Shown here piece after piece: positions 56,724-63,935 of a DNA stretch of 64,000 nucleotides. Every line of letters begins with the position of its first letter. The stretch's first letter is position 1. The stretch comes from Prosthecobacter sp. GTDB lineage: Bacteria > Verrucomicrobiota > Verrucomicrobiia > Verrucomicrobiales > Verrucomicrobiaceae. The stretch is taken from NCBI RefSeq assembly GCF_044227185.1, contig NZ_JBGAFO010000017.1, positions 13,117 to 77,116 of the forward strand, written 5' to 3'. The translations under genes were made by a program, and so were the position numbers. The notes beneath the pieces are model-generated. The model saw nothing but the letters and a program-made list of their open reading frames with translations. It made no database searches and was not told the origin of the DNA.

Positions 56724-59003
56724 TTATTCGGCGTCACCATTGGGCAGGGTGGGTGTGAAGCTGGTTTGGGTGAAGATGCTGTCGTGGCTTTTGAAGTGTG
56801 CCGTGAGCTGGGAGAGACCGCGGACGGGCTCCAGGATGAACTCGATTTCCGCCGGCAGGCCAGCTCCGGCACCGGCGAGCGCGGTGGTGAGATGCAGCCT
56901 CTGCGGCGTGGGATGCAGCGAGTGGCGGCTGACGACGCGCTGGGCGGGGAAGCCCGCATAGGGCGCAAGAACGCCCGCCAATGCCCGACCGTGCAGCTTT
57001 GACTGCAAAGCGACACTATCCTCCCAGATCATGCCGCTCTGGTAAGCAAATGGCACGGTGGGCATGGCGAACGAAAGGAAGCGCAGGAGCTGCGAGCGGC
57101 CGCTGAGGCTGCTGTGCGTGATCTGCAGCGCGTGCAGGCCGAGAACCGCCGTGAGCGATTCTTTGCCGCTGCTGAAACGGTAGCAGCCGGACTCATCGAG
57201 GGTGATGGCGACCGTCTCAAACGAGGTCACTCCCGCGCTGCAGACACGGTAGGTGGCCACCCCGGGGGCAAAATGAGCCAGCGTGCCCAGCACGGTGGTG
57301 GAGACCGTCGCCGGGGCGATGCGGGCTCCAACTTTGGGCACACTGGCAAAGTTCCACCGCACACCTTCGCTGGTGCGCGTGAAGTAGTTCGCAAGGCAGA
57401 AAGGCGTGGTCGGCGCACCGGTCTCGGTGCTGGTCTGATTGTGCAGGTGAATGTGCGGCACCGGGCTGCGGCCGGAATTTCCGCAGTAGCCCAGCAGATC
57501 GCCGGCACTGACACGCTGGCCGGTTTTCACCAGGATGCCGTTCTTCATGAAGTGGGCCAGCTTCACAATGCCGCCGTAGTCCAGGCGCAGGATGAGGTGG
57601 TTGCCCCAGTTGTGGGCAAAGTTGCAGCCGCCAGGCGCATTGTCGGCCACGCCATCGGTCACGCGGACGATCTCCCCCGTGCCGGGAGCACGCACCTCAA
57701 GCCCCTGCGTGTAGTAGCGGCTCAAATCGTCGTCGCAGCCGGGCGGGCAGGCGTTGTCCGCCGCGTCATGTACTTCGAAATCGAGCGCGTGCCTCCACTC
57801 GCCGCGGTGGCTGAGCTTGTCGTCAAAACCCTGCGTCACCGTGACCTCGCGAGCGGTGGGCAGCAGCACGTGCGTTTCGTTGCGGTGGGGAAAGCGCGCA
57901 TTCGCCAGCGCCAGTGAAGCCGCCGCGGCCTCAGGATTTTCAAACACGCCCGTGGAGGGCAGCAGCGAGCCGGGCTTCTCACGCAGCCGCAGGCAGCAAA
58001 GCAGGCTCCAGATCGTCAGCAGGTAAGGCAGCGGCAGATATTCCCAGCCGGAGCCGCGCAGGAAATGCTGCACCGCGGCCACATGCAATGCGGCGACGGC
58101 ACCCGCGATGAACGCGAGCGCGAGGCTGCTCCAGGATGGCACGAAATACACCGCGCCCAGAGCCATGCCGGCGAGGAGGTAGTTGTGCCCGGCAAACCAG
58201 CCGAGCCACTGCAGCCCGCAGGCTTCCAGCAGTTTCACGATGAGAATGCCGCCTGCGTAACCGGCGAGGGCGTTGATCATGGCGACGCGTGACCACACGA
58301 GGATGGCGAGCGTGACCGCGAGGCCGGCCCACACGTTTGGCAGGAAGAGGATGGTGCCCATGCTGCGCAGGAAGGCGGTGACGACGAAGGGCAGCGCTGG
58401 CTCCTCTGGCAGTCCCATGTCCAGCAAGGCGGTGTTTGCAGCCCAGTGGGGGAAGAAGGTGAGGAGTGTGCCGAAGGTGACGACGAAGGCGACGCTCAGC
58501 GGCGGCAAGCCCGCGCGCAGGGGAAACCAATGCCACAGCGCCGCGGAGAGAAGCAGGGTGTAAACAGTGACGACGACGAGCATGCCCCAGATGGCCGGTG
58601 CGGCGAGGTCAGAGCCGCGGGTGATCCATGCGACGGCGAGCGCGCTGAGAAAAACATTGTAGAGCAGCGTGCCGTCTTTGCACATGGCCGCGGGCAGATG
58701 CAGAAGCTTCGCGAGGAAGCCGCCGAGCAGGCAGGCGCTGATGGCGAAGGCGAAATACTGCGGCATGAAGAGCAGCGTGGCGCAGAGCAGCACGCCGGTT
58801 TTCCAACTGCCGCAGAGGAAGATGGAGCTGGCGGCACGCGCGACTTCAAGCAGGGGCGCTGCGAGGGTTTCGAGATGGGGCCGCAATGTTTTGGCGAGGG
58901 CCGAGGCCGTGGCGACAGCCCGCTCCTTGGCGGAGGGAGGGCAGAGGGCGGCGTCTTCGAGAATGACCATCGCAGGGAGGGTGGATGGGGATTCGGGGTT
59001 CAT
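56724..59003 (-). CDS. Urea-transporter-fold membrane domain fused to a C-terminal M23 (LytM-type) metallopeptidase domain
   Basis: 759 aa with ~10 TM helices and two UT-like half motifs (GTLLYNVFLSALAVA; GHNYLLAGMALGAVYF). Then WRHALDFEV and GYCGNSGRSPVPHIHLHNQ, the M23 G-x-S-G...H-x-H block. Confidence 0.7.
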   Translation of the reverse strand: MNPESPSTLPAMVILEDAALCPPSAKERAVATASALAKTLRPHLETLAAPLLEVARAASSIFLCGSWKTGVLLCATLLFMPQYFAFAISACLLGGFLAKLLHLPAAMCKDGTLLYNVFLSALAVAWITRGSDLAAPAIWGMLVVVTVYTLLLSAALWHWFPLRAGLPPLSVAFVVTFGTLLTFFPHWAANTALLDMGLPEEPALPFVVTAFLRSMGTILFLPNVWAGLAVTLAILVWSRVAMINALAGYAGGILIVKLLEACGLQWLGWFAGHNYLLAGMALGAVYFVPSWSSLALAFIAGAVAALHVAAVQHFLRGSGWEYLPLPYLLTIWSLLCCLRLREKPGSLLPSTGVFENPEAAAASLALANARFPHRNETHVLLPTAREVTVTQGFDDKLSHRGEWRHALDFEVHDAADNACPPGCDDDLSRYYTQGLEVRAPGTGEIVRVTDGVADNAPGGCNFAHNWGNHLILRLDYGGIVKLAHFMKNGILVKTGQRVSAGDLLGYCGNSGRSPVPHIHLHNQTSTETGAPTTPFCLANYFTRTSEGVRWNFASVPKVGARIAPATVSTTVLGTLAHFAPGVATYRVCSAGVTSFETVAITLDESGCYRFSSGKESLTAVLGLHALQITHSSLSGRSQLLRFLSFAMPTVPFAYQSGMIWEDSVALQSKLHGRALAGVLAPYAGFPAQRVVSRHSLHPTPQRLHLTTALAGAGAGLPAEIEFILEPVRGLSQLTAHFKSHDSIFTQTSFTPTLPNGDAE

Positions 59004-59017
59004 GGTGGGTGGGAGGA

Positions 59018-59045
59018 GAATGACGAATGACGAATGACGAATGGG
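59018..59045. repeat. GAATGAC heptamer array (GTCATTC on the coding strand)
   Basis: gaatgac x3 plus gaatggg, located 15-42 nt upstream of the ATG at 59003 on the minus strand. Confidence 0.85.
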
Positions 59046-59282
59046 GAGGGAGGTGGCTGGGGCTGGCGAGGGTGCGTGGGTGGGAGAGGGTGGGGGGGCT
59101 GGCGAGAGCGGCGCTGAAGCGCCGCAGTCCGGGGACGCTGGCGCGAGGGACGGAGGGTTTGGGTGATGCGGGGCGAGGGAGGGGTGCGGAGGGGCTGGAT
59201 CGAGGACGAGTTCGAGTAGGAGGACGAGGACGAAAGGGGAGCCGGAAAGGGAGGAAGAGGAGGAGTAGGAGGAAGAGGAAGA

Positions 59283-60722
59283 TTAGGTGTGCGAGGGGGA
59301 TAGCAGATGAGGGGGGATGCGTTCGAGGCGCTGGACGTAGTCGAGGTCTTCGCGTTCGCGGATGATGTCCACGCGGCCGTCGAGGCCGATCATGAGGACG
59401 GCGGGACGGTAGGTGATGAACTGCATGCTCTGGGTGATGTTGTAGGCGCCCACGGGATGCATGACGAGATGATCTCCGGTGGTCATGGCGGGGAGGGAGA
59501 CCTGCTCGCGAATGACGTCGATGTTCATGCAGAGGCAGCCGTAGAGCTTGATGGGCTGCTGCGCGCTTTCACGCTGGGCCCTGGCGGGCTTCACGTTGAA
59601 GCGGTACCAGTTGCCGCTGTAGAGGAGGTTGATGCCGGCATCGATGACATAGGCGGCGCCCGTGGCTTCCGGCATGTAGGCGGGCGCTTTCGCGGCCTTG
59701 CCCGCGAGCGTGATCGGGCCGGAGGTGCTCGACTGCTTCACCGCGACAATGCTCGTGATCAAATAACCCGCTTCATCCACCAGAGCGCGGCCGCTTTCCA
59801 GGTAGAGGCGCGGGCGGCGATCGCGTGGCAGTGTGTTCAGCACACCGGCGATGGCCTCGGCGTATTTCTCGATGGGCGGCACGACCTGCTCGGCAGGCTG
59901 GTAGGAGTAATGCAGCGTGCTGAGCGAGGGAAATCCGCCGCCGAGGTTCAGATAGCGCAAGGACCAGCCGTGGCTCTCACGGCAGCGCTCCATGAGCGTG
60001 ACAAGCTTTTCCGCCGCCACCTTGTAGGCGTTCGGCTCCAGGATGTAGGTGCCGATGTGGGTGTGGAGTCCTTGCAAGCGAAGGCGGCCTTTGCTCTCGG
60101 CGATGCGGCGGATGGCGCGCCAGGCCTCGCCGTTTTCCACGCCAAAGCCAAACTTGCTCCACACCGGCTGAATGCCCGCATCAAGCCAGCAGCGGATGGC
60201 GATGTCGATGCTGCGGTTCTGTTCTTTGGCAATCGTGTCGAGCAGCAGCAGCTCATCCCAGTTGTCCACCTGGATCATCGAGCCTTCGCTGATGGCCAGC
60301 TCCAGGCCCGCGCGGGTCTTATGCGGGCCGTTGAAGATGATGTCGCGACCCGCGATGCCGTTGCGGCGCGCTTTTTCATACTCAAACTCGCTCACCACTT
60401 CGGCGATGGAGCCTTCGCTGTGAAAGACGCGGCAGATGGCGTTGAGGTAGTTCGTCTTGTAGCTCCAGGCGAAGCGTGTGTTTGGATAGCGGCTTTCGAA
60501 GGCTTCGCGGGCGCGCTGGATTTTTTCCCGCAGGGTGCGCTCGGAGAAAACGAAGAGCGGGGAGCCGAAGCGCGCTGCGAGGTCCGCCACGGGCACGCCA
60601 TCGATGCGTTCACAGACGTTGCTGTTGAGGCCGTGGGCATGGCGGTTGCGGTTGGCGGCGCTGTTCTGGCCGCTGAGATGACGGGTGATCGTCGGGGGGG
60701 AGTAGGTTTGGAGAGGGTGCAT
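59283..60722 (-). CDS. Type III (alanine-racemase-fold) PLP-dependent decarboxylase, DAP/Orn/Arg decarboxylase family
   Basis: FAWSYKTNY (PLP lysine), LNLGGGFP, YLESGRALV and GCLCMNIDV blocks. 479 aa. Confidence 0.88.
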   Translation of the reverse strand: MHPLQTYSPPTITRHLSGQNSAANRNRHAHGLNSNVCERIDGVPVADLAARFGSPLFVFSERTLREKIQRAREAFESRYPNTRFAWSYKTNYLNAICRVFHSEGSIAEVVSEFEYEKARRNGIAGRDIIFNGPHKTRAGLELAISEGSMIQVDNWDELLLLDTIAKEQNRSIDIAIRCWLDAGIQPVWSKFGFGVENGEAWRAIRRIAESKGRLRLQGLHTHIGTYILEPNAYKVAAEKLVTLMERCRESHGWSLRYLNLGGGFPSLSTLHYSYQPAEQVVPPIEKYAEAIAGVLNTLPRDRRPRLYLESGRALVDEAGYLITSIVAVKQSSTSGPITLAGKAAKAPAYMPEATGAAYVIDAGINLLYSGNWYRFNVKPARAQRESAQQPIKLYGCLCMNIDVIREQVSLPAMTTGDHLVMHPVGAYNITQSMQFITYRPAVLMIGLDGRVDIIREREDLDYVQRLERIPPHLLSPSHT

Positions 60723-60752
60723 GGGAGGATGCAGGGGGGAATGAGGAAACCA

Positions 60753-60780
60753 GAATGAGGAATGACGAATGACGAATGAC
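60753..60780. repeat. GAATGAC heptamer array, second site
   Basis: gaatgag then gaatgac x3, located 5 nt after the ATP-grasp stop and 31-58 nt upstream of the decarboxylase ATG at 60722. A further gaatgag lies at 60739. Confidence 0.85.
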
Positions 60781-60785
60781 TTAGC

Positions 60786-61889
60786 TCACAGGCCGCGGGA
60801 CGAGGCCGGGTGGGGGATGATCTCGCGGGGCTGGCGGAAGAACTGGCCGCTGGTGGTGAGGGCGGCGAGGTCGCGGATGTCTCCGGTCATGTCGATGGCA
60901 TGGCGGATGAAGAACTTGCCGGGGATGGCGTGGCGCAGCGGCTCGCGCGGCTGCCAGCCGAGGGCCAGCTCCAGCGCGGCGGCGGGCAGGTTGCAGTTCA
61001 GGGTGGAGGGGAAGTCACACCAGGCCGGGAAGCGCGGGTTGATCTCGATGAGGCAGTACTCGCCTCCGGGGCCTTCGGCTTTGACGAACTCGAGTTCAAA
61101 CGGGCCGTTCCAGCGCAGCTCGGCGATGAGGGACTGCGCGATGGCATCGAGCTGCGGATCACGCACGACCATGCCGCCAAAACCTTTGCCCATGGAGGTG
61201 CGGAGCATCTTGCGAATGGAGCAGGAGCCGAGCATGCGGCCGCGGCCGTCTCCCAGACCAATGACGTTGTATTCCTCCCCCTGCACATTTTCCTGCACGA
61301 GCACCGGAGCGCCCCACTGCTCCAGCATGTGCCAGTAGGCGGCCTCGCGGGCGGCGGGGGTGATGGCATGCCTGGCCTCATAGAAGCGCCCTTTCACAAA
61401 CACATTACCGCCGAGCGTCATCGCCGCCTGGTGCAGCGAATTCACGTCGTTCACGGCAATGGTCTGCGGTGTGCGGCAGTGCGTGCGCTCGCACAGCTCC
61501 GCCAGCCTGGATTTGTCGCGGCATTTGAAGCTCGCGGCGCTGGGCAGGCAGGCGTGGATGCCGCGCTCGCGCAGTTTTTCAGGAGCCTCCACCAGCGGGC
61601 CCATTTCGGCATCGAGGCAGGGAATCAACACATCAAAGCGTTCGATCTCGCGGATGGCGTCCAGCCGCTGCCAGAAGGCCTCTTCACCGGCTCCTGGATA
61701 GGACATGGTGAAGGCGGCGTCCGGGGCGTCTTCTTCGCTGAAGAGGCCGCTTTCGAGCGAATCGTAAACGAGACCGACGATGCGCAGCTCGGGGTAAACG
61801 CGGCGCAGGCTGCGGATGACGGCGGAGCCGGGCTGGGGATTTTCACCGCGGTGAAGCCCGGTGACGGCGATGACAGGGGAGGCATTCAT
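60786..61889 (-). CDS. ATP-grasp domain ligase
   Basis: 367 aa. VFVKGRFYEA, QENVQGEEYNV and YCLIEINPRFPAW (E-x-N Mg/ATP site) give an ATP-grasp topology. Confidence 0.85.
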   Translation of the reverse strand: MNASPVIAVTGLHRGENPQPGSAVIRSLRRVYPELRIVGLVYDSLESGLFSEEDAPDAAFTMSYPGAGEEAFWQRLDAIREIERFDVLIPCLDAEMGPLVEAPEKLRERGIHACLPSAASFKCRDKSRLAELCERTHCRTPQTIAVNDVNSLHQAAMTLGGNVFVKGRFYEARHAITPAAREAAYWHMLEQWGAPVLVQENVQGEEYNVIGLGDGRGRMLGSCSIRKMLRTSMGKGFGGMVVRDPQLDAIAQSLIAELRWNGPFELEFVKAEGPGGEYCLIEINPRFPAWCDFPSTLNCNLPAAALELALGWQPREPLRHAIPGKFFIRHAIDMTGDIRDLAALTTSGQFFRQPREIIPHPASSRGL

Positions 61890-61922
61890 GGGAGGATGAA
61901 GCGGGGTTGGGATGGACAGAAA

Positions 61923-62279
61923 TCAGTTCGGCTCCTTGATGAGGCCGATGTGGACGAGCTCGGCGAGGAAGAGCTCGAGGTCCCGCTCCGCGGTGCTGCG
62001 GGCGACTTCGAAGCGCGCGGTGATGCGGTCCAGGATCTGGGCGCGCGCCATCCCCCCGCTCAAGGACTGCATGACCAGGAGCGCGGTGGGGCTGGCGGTG
62101 AAAAACTCGCCGCTGGTGGCGTCAAAACCAAACCCGTCCGCCTGCCAGGTGACGGTGTGAAAGTCAAAGCTGGCCGCTTCGGTGTTCGGAGCTGCGGCAG
62201 GAGCGGCAACGCCGGGAGCCGCCAGATGGGGCGGCTGGCTCAGGGGAGCGGCCAGGGTGGAAAGAGGCGCGAGTTTCAT
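61923..62279 (-). CDS. PqqD-like (RRE-type) small protein with Ala/Pro-rich N-terminal extension
   Basis: The C-terminal ~75 aa (..SGEFFTASPTALLVMQSL..ARAQILDRITARFEV..STAERDLELFLAELVHIGLI) fit the PqqD pattern. The start at MKLAP (62279) is preferred over 62300 because of its CCACCACC-ATG context. Confidence 0.65.
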   Translation of the reverse strand: MKLAPLSTLAAPLSQPPHLAAPGVAAPAAAPNTEAASFDFHTVTWQADGFGFDATSGEFFTASPTALLVMQSLSGGMARAQILDRITARFEVARSTAERDLELFLAELVHIGLIKEPN

Positions 62280-62356
62280 GGTGGTGGATGATTGAATCAC
62301 ACCACATAGAAACCCGGCAGGTTAACACCACTGCGGGGGCAAAGATGAATTTGCGT

Positions 62357-62761
62357 TTATTTTTCGTCTCCGATGCGCAGGGTTTTGGGCTGGGCGGGGC
62401 TGTCAGGGACGGGGCGCGACACATCCAGCGCAGGGAGACCATGCTTCACCAGCATGAGGTTTGCGCGGTGGTGCTGGTCATGCCACACGCTGTCCGGATC
62501 GGTCTGGCCGTTCCATGAGGTGCGCAGCACCGGCATCTGCGTAAACTCGACCGAGTTTGAATCCAGCCGGATGGGGGGTGCTTCACGCCGGGGTTTCGCG
62601 GCGTCCGGCTGCTGCTGCGCGTTTTTCTCCACGACGAGGGCGCTCTCAGCGTTTTTCTGCGCACGGTAGCAGCGCAAACCAGCCCACCAGGTGGTGGCGG
62701 GCACCAGCAGGGCGGCGATCAACATCACCCCCCGGAATAATTGTGAGGATGTCGTCTTCAT
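62357..62761 (-). CDS. Hypothetical membrane-anchored protein
   Basis: 134 aa with one N-terminal TM helix (GVMLIAALLVPATTWWAGL). No family recognised. Confidence 0.55.
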   Translation of the reverse strand: MKTTSSQLFRGVMLIAALLVPATTWWAGLRCYRAQKNAESALVVEKNAQQQPDAAKPRREAPPIRLDSNSVEFTQMPVLRTSWNGQTDPDSVWHDQHHRANLMLVKHGLPALDVSRPVPDSPAQPKTLRIGDEK

Positions 62762-62827
62762 GGAGAAAAGGAATTCCTTTTTTCGCCCCCTGCAAGCCCT
62801 GCTTTTGGGCGCAGAACTGCCCCTGGC

Positions 62828-63094
62828 TCAGCGGGCCCCGCCTGCTGATTTTTGCACAGCCAGGATGAGCATCGCCAGGCTGCGGCCTTCGACTTGAAGG
62901 TCGATTTTTTCACCGGCCGTACGACGCAGGACCGCCCTGCCGAGGGGCGCATCCTCGGAGATGCGGCCACTGTCAGCATCGGCCTCATGTCCAGGCACCA
63001 CCTGGATGGTGATGTCGAACTCGTGCAATGTGGCGAGTTCATTGAGAGGACGCAGGGTGACGTGGTCATAGTGATGTACGGAAAGAGTGCTCAT
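62828..63094 (-). CDS. GreA/GreB C-terminal-domain-only protein (Rnk-like)
   Basis: 88 aa from the internal start MSTLSV. ITIQVVPGHEADADSGRISEDAPLGRAVLRRTAGEKIDLQV matches the GreA/B C-terminal pattern (..P.EAD...g.IS..SPlG.AllG...Gd.v). Confidence 0.65.
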   Translation of the reverse strand: MSTLSVHHYDHVTLRPLNELATLHEFDITIQVVPGHEADADSGRISEDAPLGRAVLRRTAGEKIDLQVEGRSLAMLILAVQKSAGGAR

Positions 63095-63154
63095 GGAGGA
63101 AAAAATGGAGAAAGGGATGGAGGTGAAATGCCTGTGACGAAGGCAGGCGGAAGC

Positions 63155-63199
63155 GGCTCCTGCCGGGGATGGCAGGAGCCTTCCGCATGATGAATGCGG
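63155..63199 (-). terminator. Paired GC-rich hairpins between the 84-aa gene and the GreA-like gene (terminator or attenuator candidate; no U tract)
   Basis: A perfect 10-bp stem ggctcctgcc-ggggat-ggcaggagcc (63155..63180) and a 6-bp stem ccgcat-gatga-atgcgg (63183..63199). Confidence 0.35.
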
Positions 63200-63223
63200 C
63201 GTCACAGAGGGGGCATCAGGGCG

Positions 63224-63478
63224 TCACTGCCGGACGGCGTGGAGGGACTCGATGCAGTCCTCAGGGTGCGTGCGGAGCACGTAGGAGCGCACGGACTCCC
63301 GTGCCGACTCCCCGGTCCGCGCCGCCACTTCGTAAGTGGCTTCGGTGAAAACCTTTCCGAAGATTTCGTGGCGTTTGAAAACACAGGTGACCAGCCACGT
63401 GGGCCGCTCAAAGGCCAGCGCGCTGCCAACGCGCACGGGTTTGTCATCCTGGTTAAAAATTCGTTCCAATAGTTTCAT
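63224..63478 (-). CDS. Small hypothetical protein (84 aa)
   Basis: Internal start MKLLERIFNQDD preceded by an AT/pyrimidine-rich leader. GC3-rich codons. No family recognised. Confidence 0.5.
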   Translation of the reverse strand: MKLLERIFNQDDKPVRVGSALAFERPTWLVTCVFKRHEIFGKVFTEATYEVAARTGESARESVRSYVLRTHPEDCIESLHAVRQ

Positions 63479-63935
63479 AAAAAGAGAGAAGAGATTTGTG
63501 TGTGAATGTGTCAGAGGAGGGGAAAAAGAGCCTGGCTGCAGCATGCGTGCGCAGACGGGCAGCCCACGGTACGGCGCAGGGTGAAACACCGCGACGCGCA
63601 TGCCGGGAGGAGGCTGGCCAGAGCGGAGCCTGCGCGCCATGAAGGCGCGGGCTGGAGATGAAGGGCGCAGGGTCTGGCACCTGCGGAAGAGCGCGGACAA
63701 TCCCTGCAGAGGGGTTGTCCGCTTAAGCTCGGCTTGCCGCCAGCCGGTGGTACAGAGGCTTGATCACACTGCTTTCAGCCATGTTGGCGGAAAAGATGGG
63801 GCGGCGTGAGTTCGGCTTCACGAAAACATACTACGGCTCAATCGCCGAAAAGGCAACATTAAGTGGTCCGCAATCCCTGCGTCCTTCAAAGGGGCATGTT
63901 GACGCCCCGCCGCCGAGCGCGTAGCCATCGCCCCC

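Noticed and set aside
56702-57016. N-terminal 105-codon extension of the TPR protein ORF (56039..57016) overlapping the end of the UT-M23 gene.
   Set aside because: The extension overlaps a better-supported gene in another frame. The internal ATG at 56701 gives a clean signal peptide and a CCTCTCCTCTCAACC-ATG context like the other genes.
59307-62291. Two long plus-strand ORFs (59307..60758, 483 aa; 60810..62291, 493 aa) preceded by GGAGG-like motifs.
   Set aside because: They are antisense to the PLP decarboxylase and ATP-grasp genes, which carry clear catalytic motifs. The GGAGG motifs are the complements of the CCTCC start contexts of the minus-strand genes. The products are Ala/Gly/Arg-rich without motifs.
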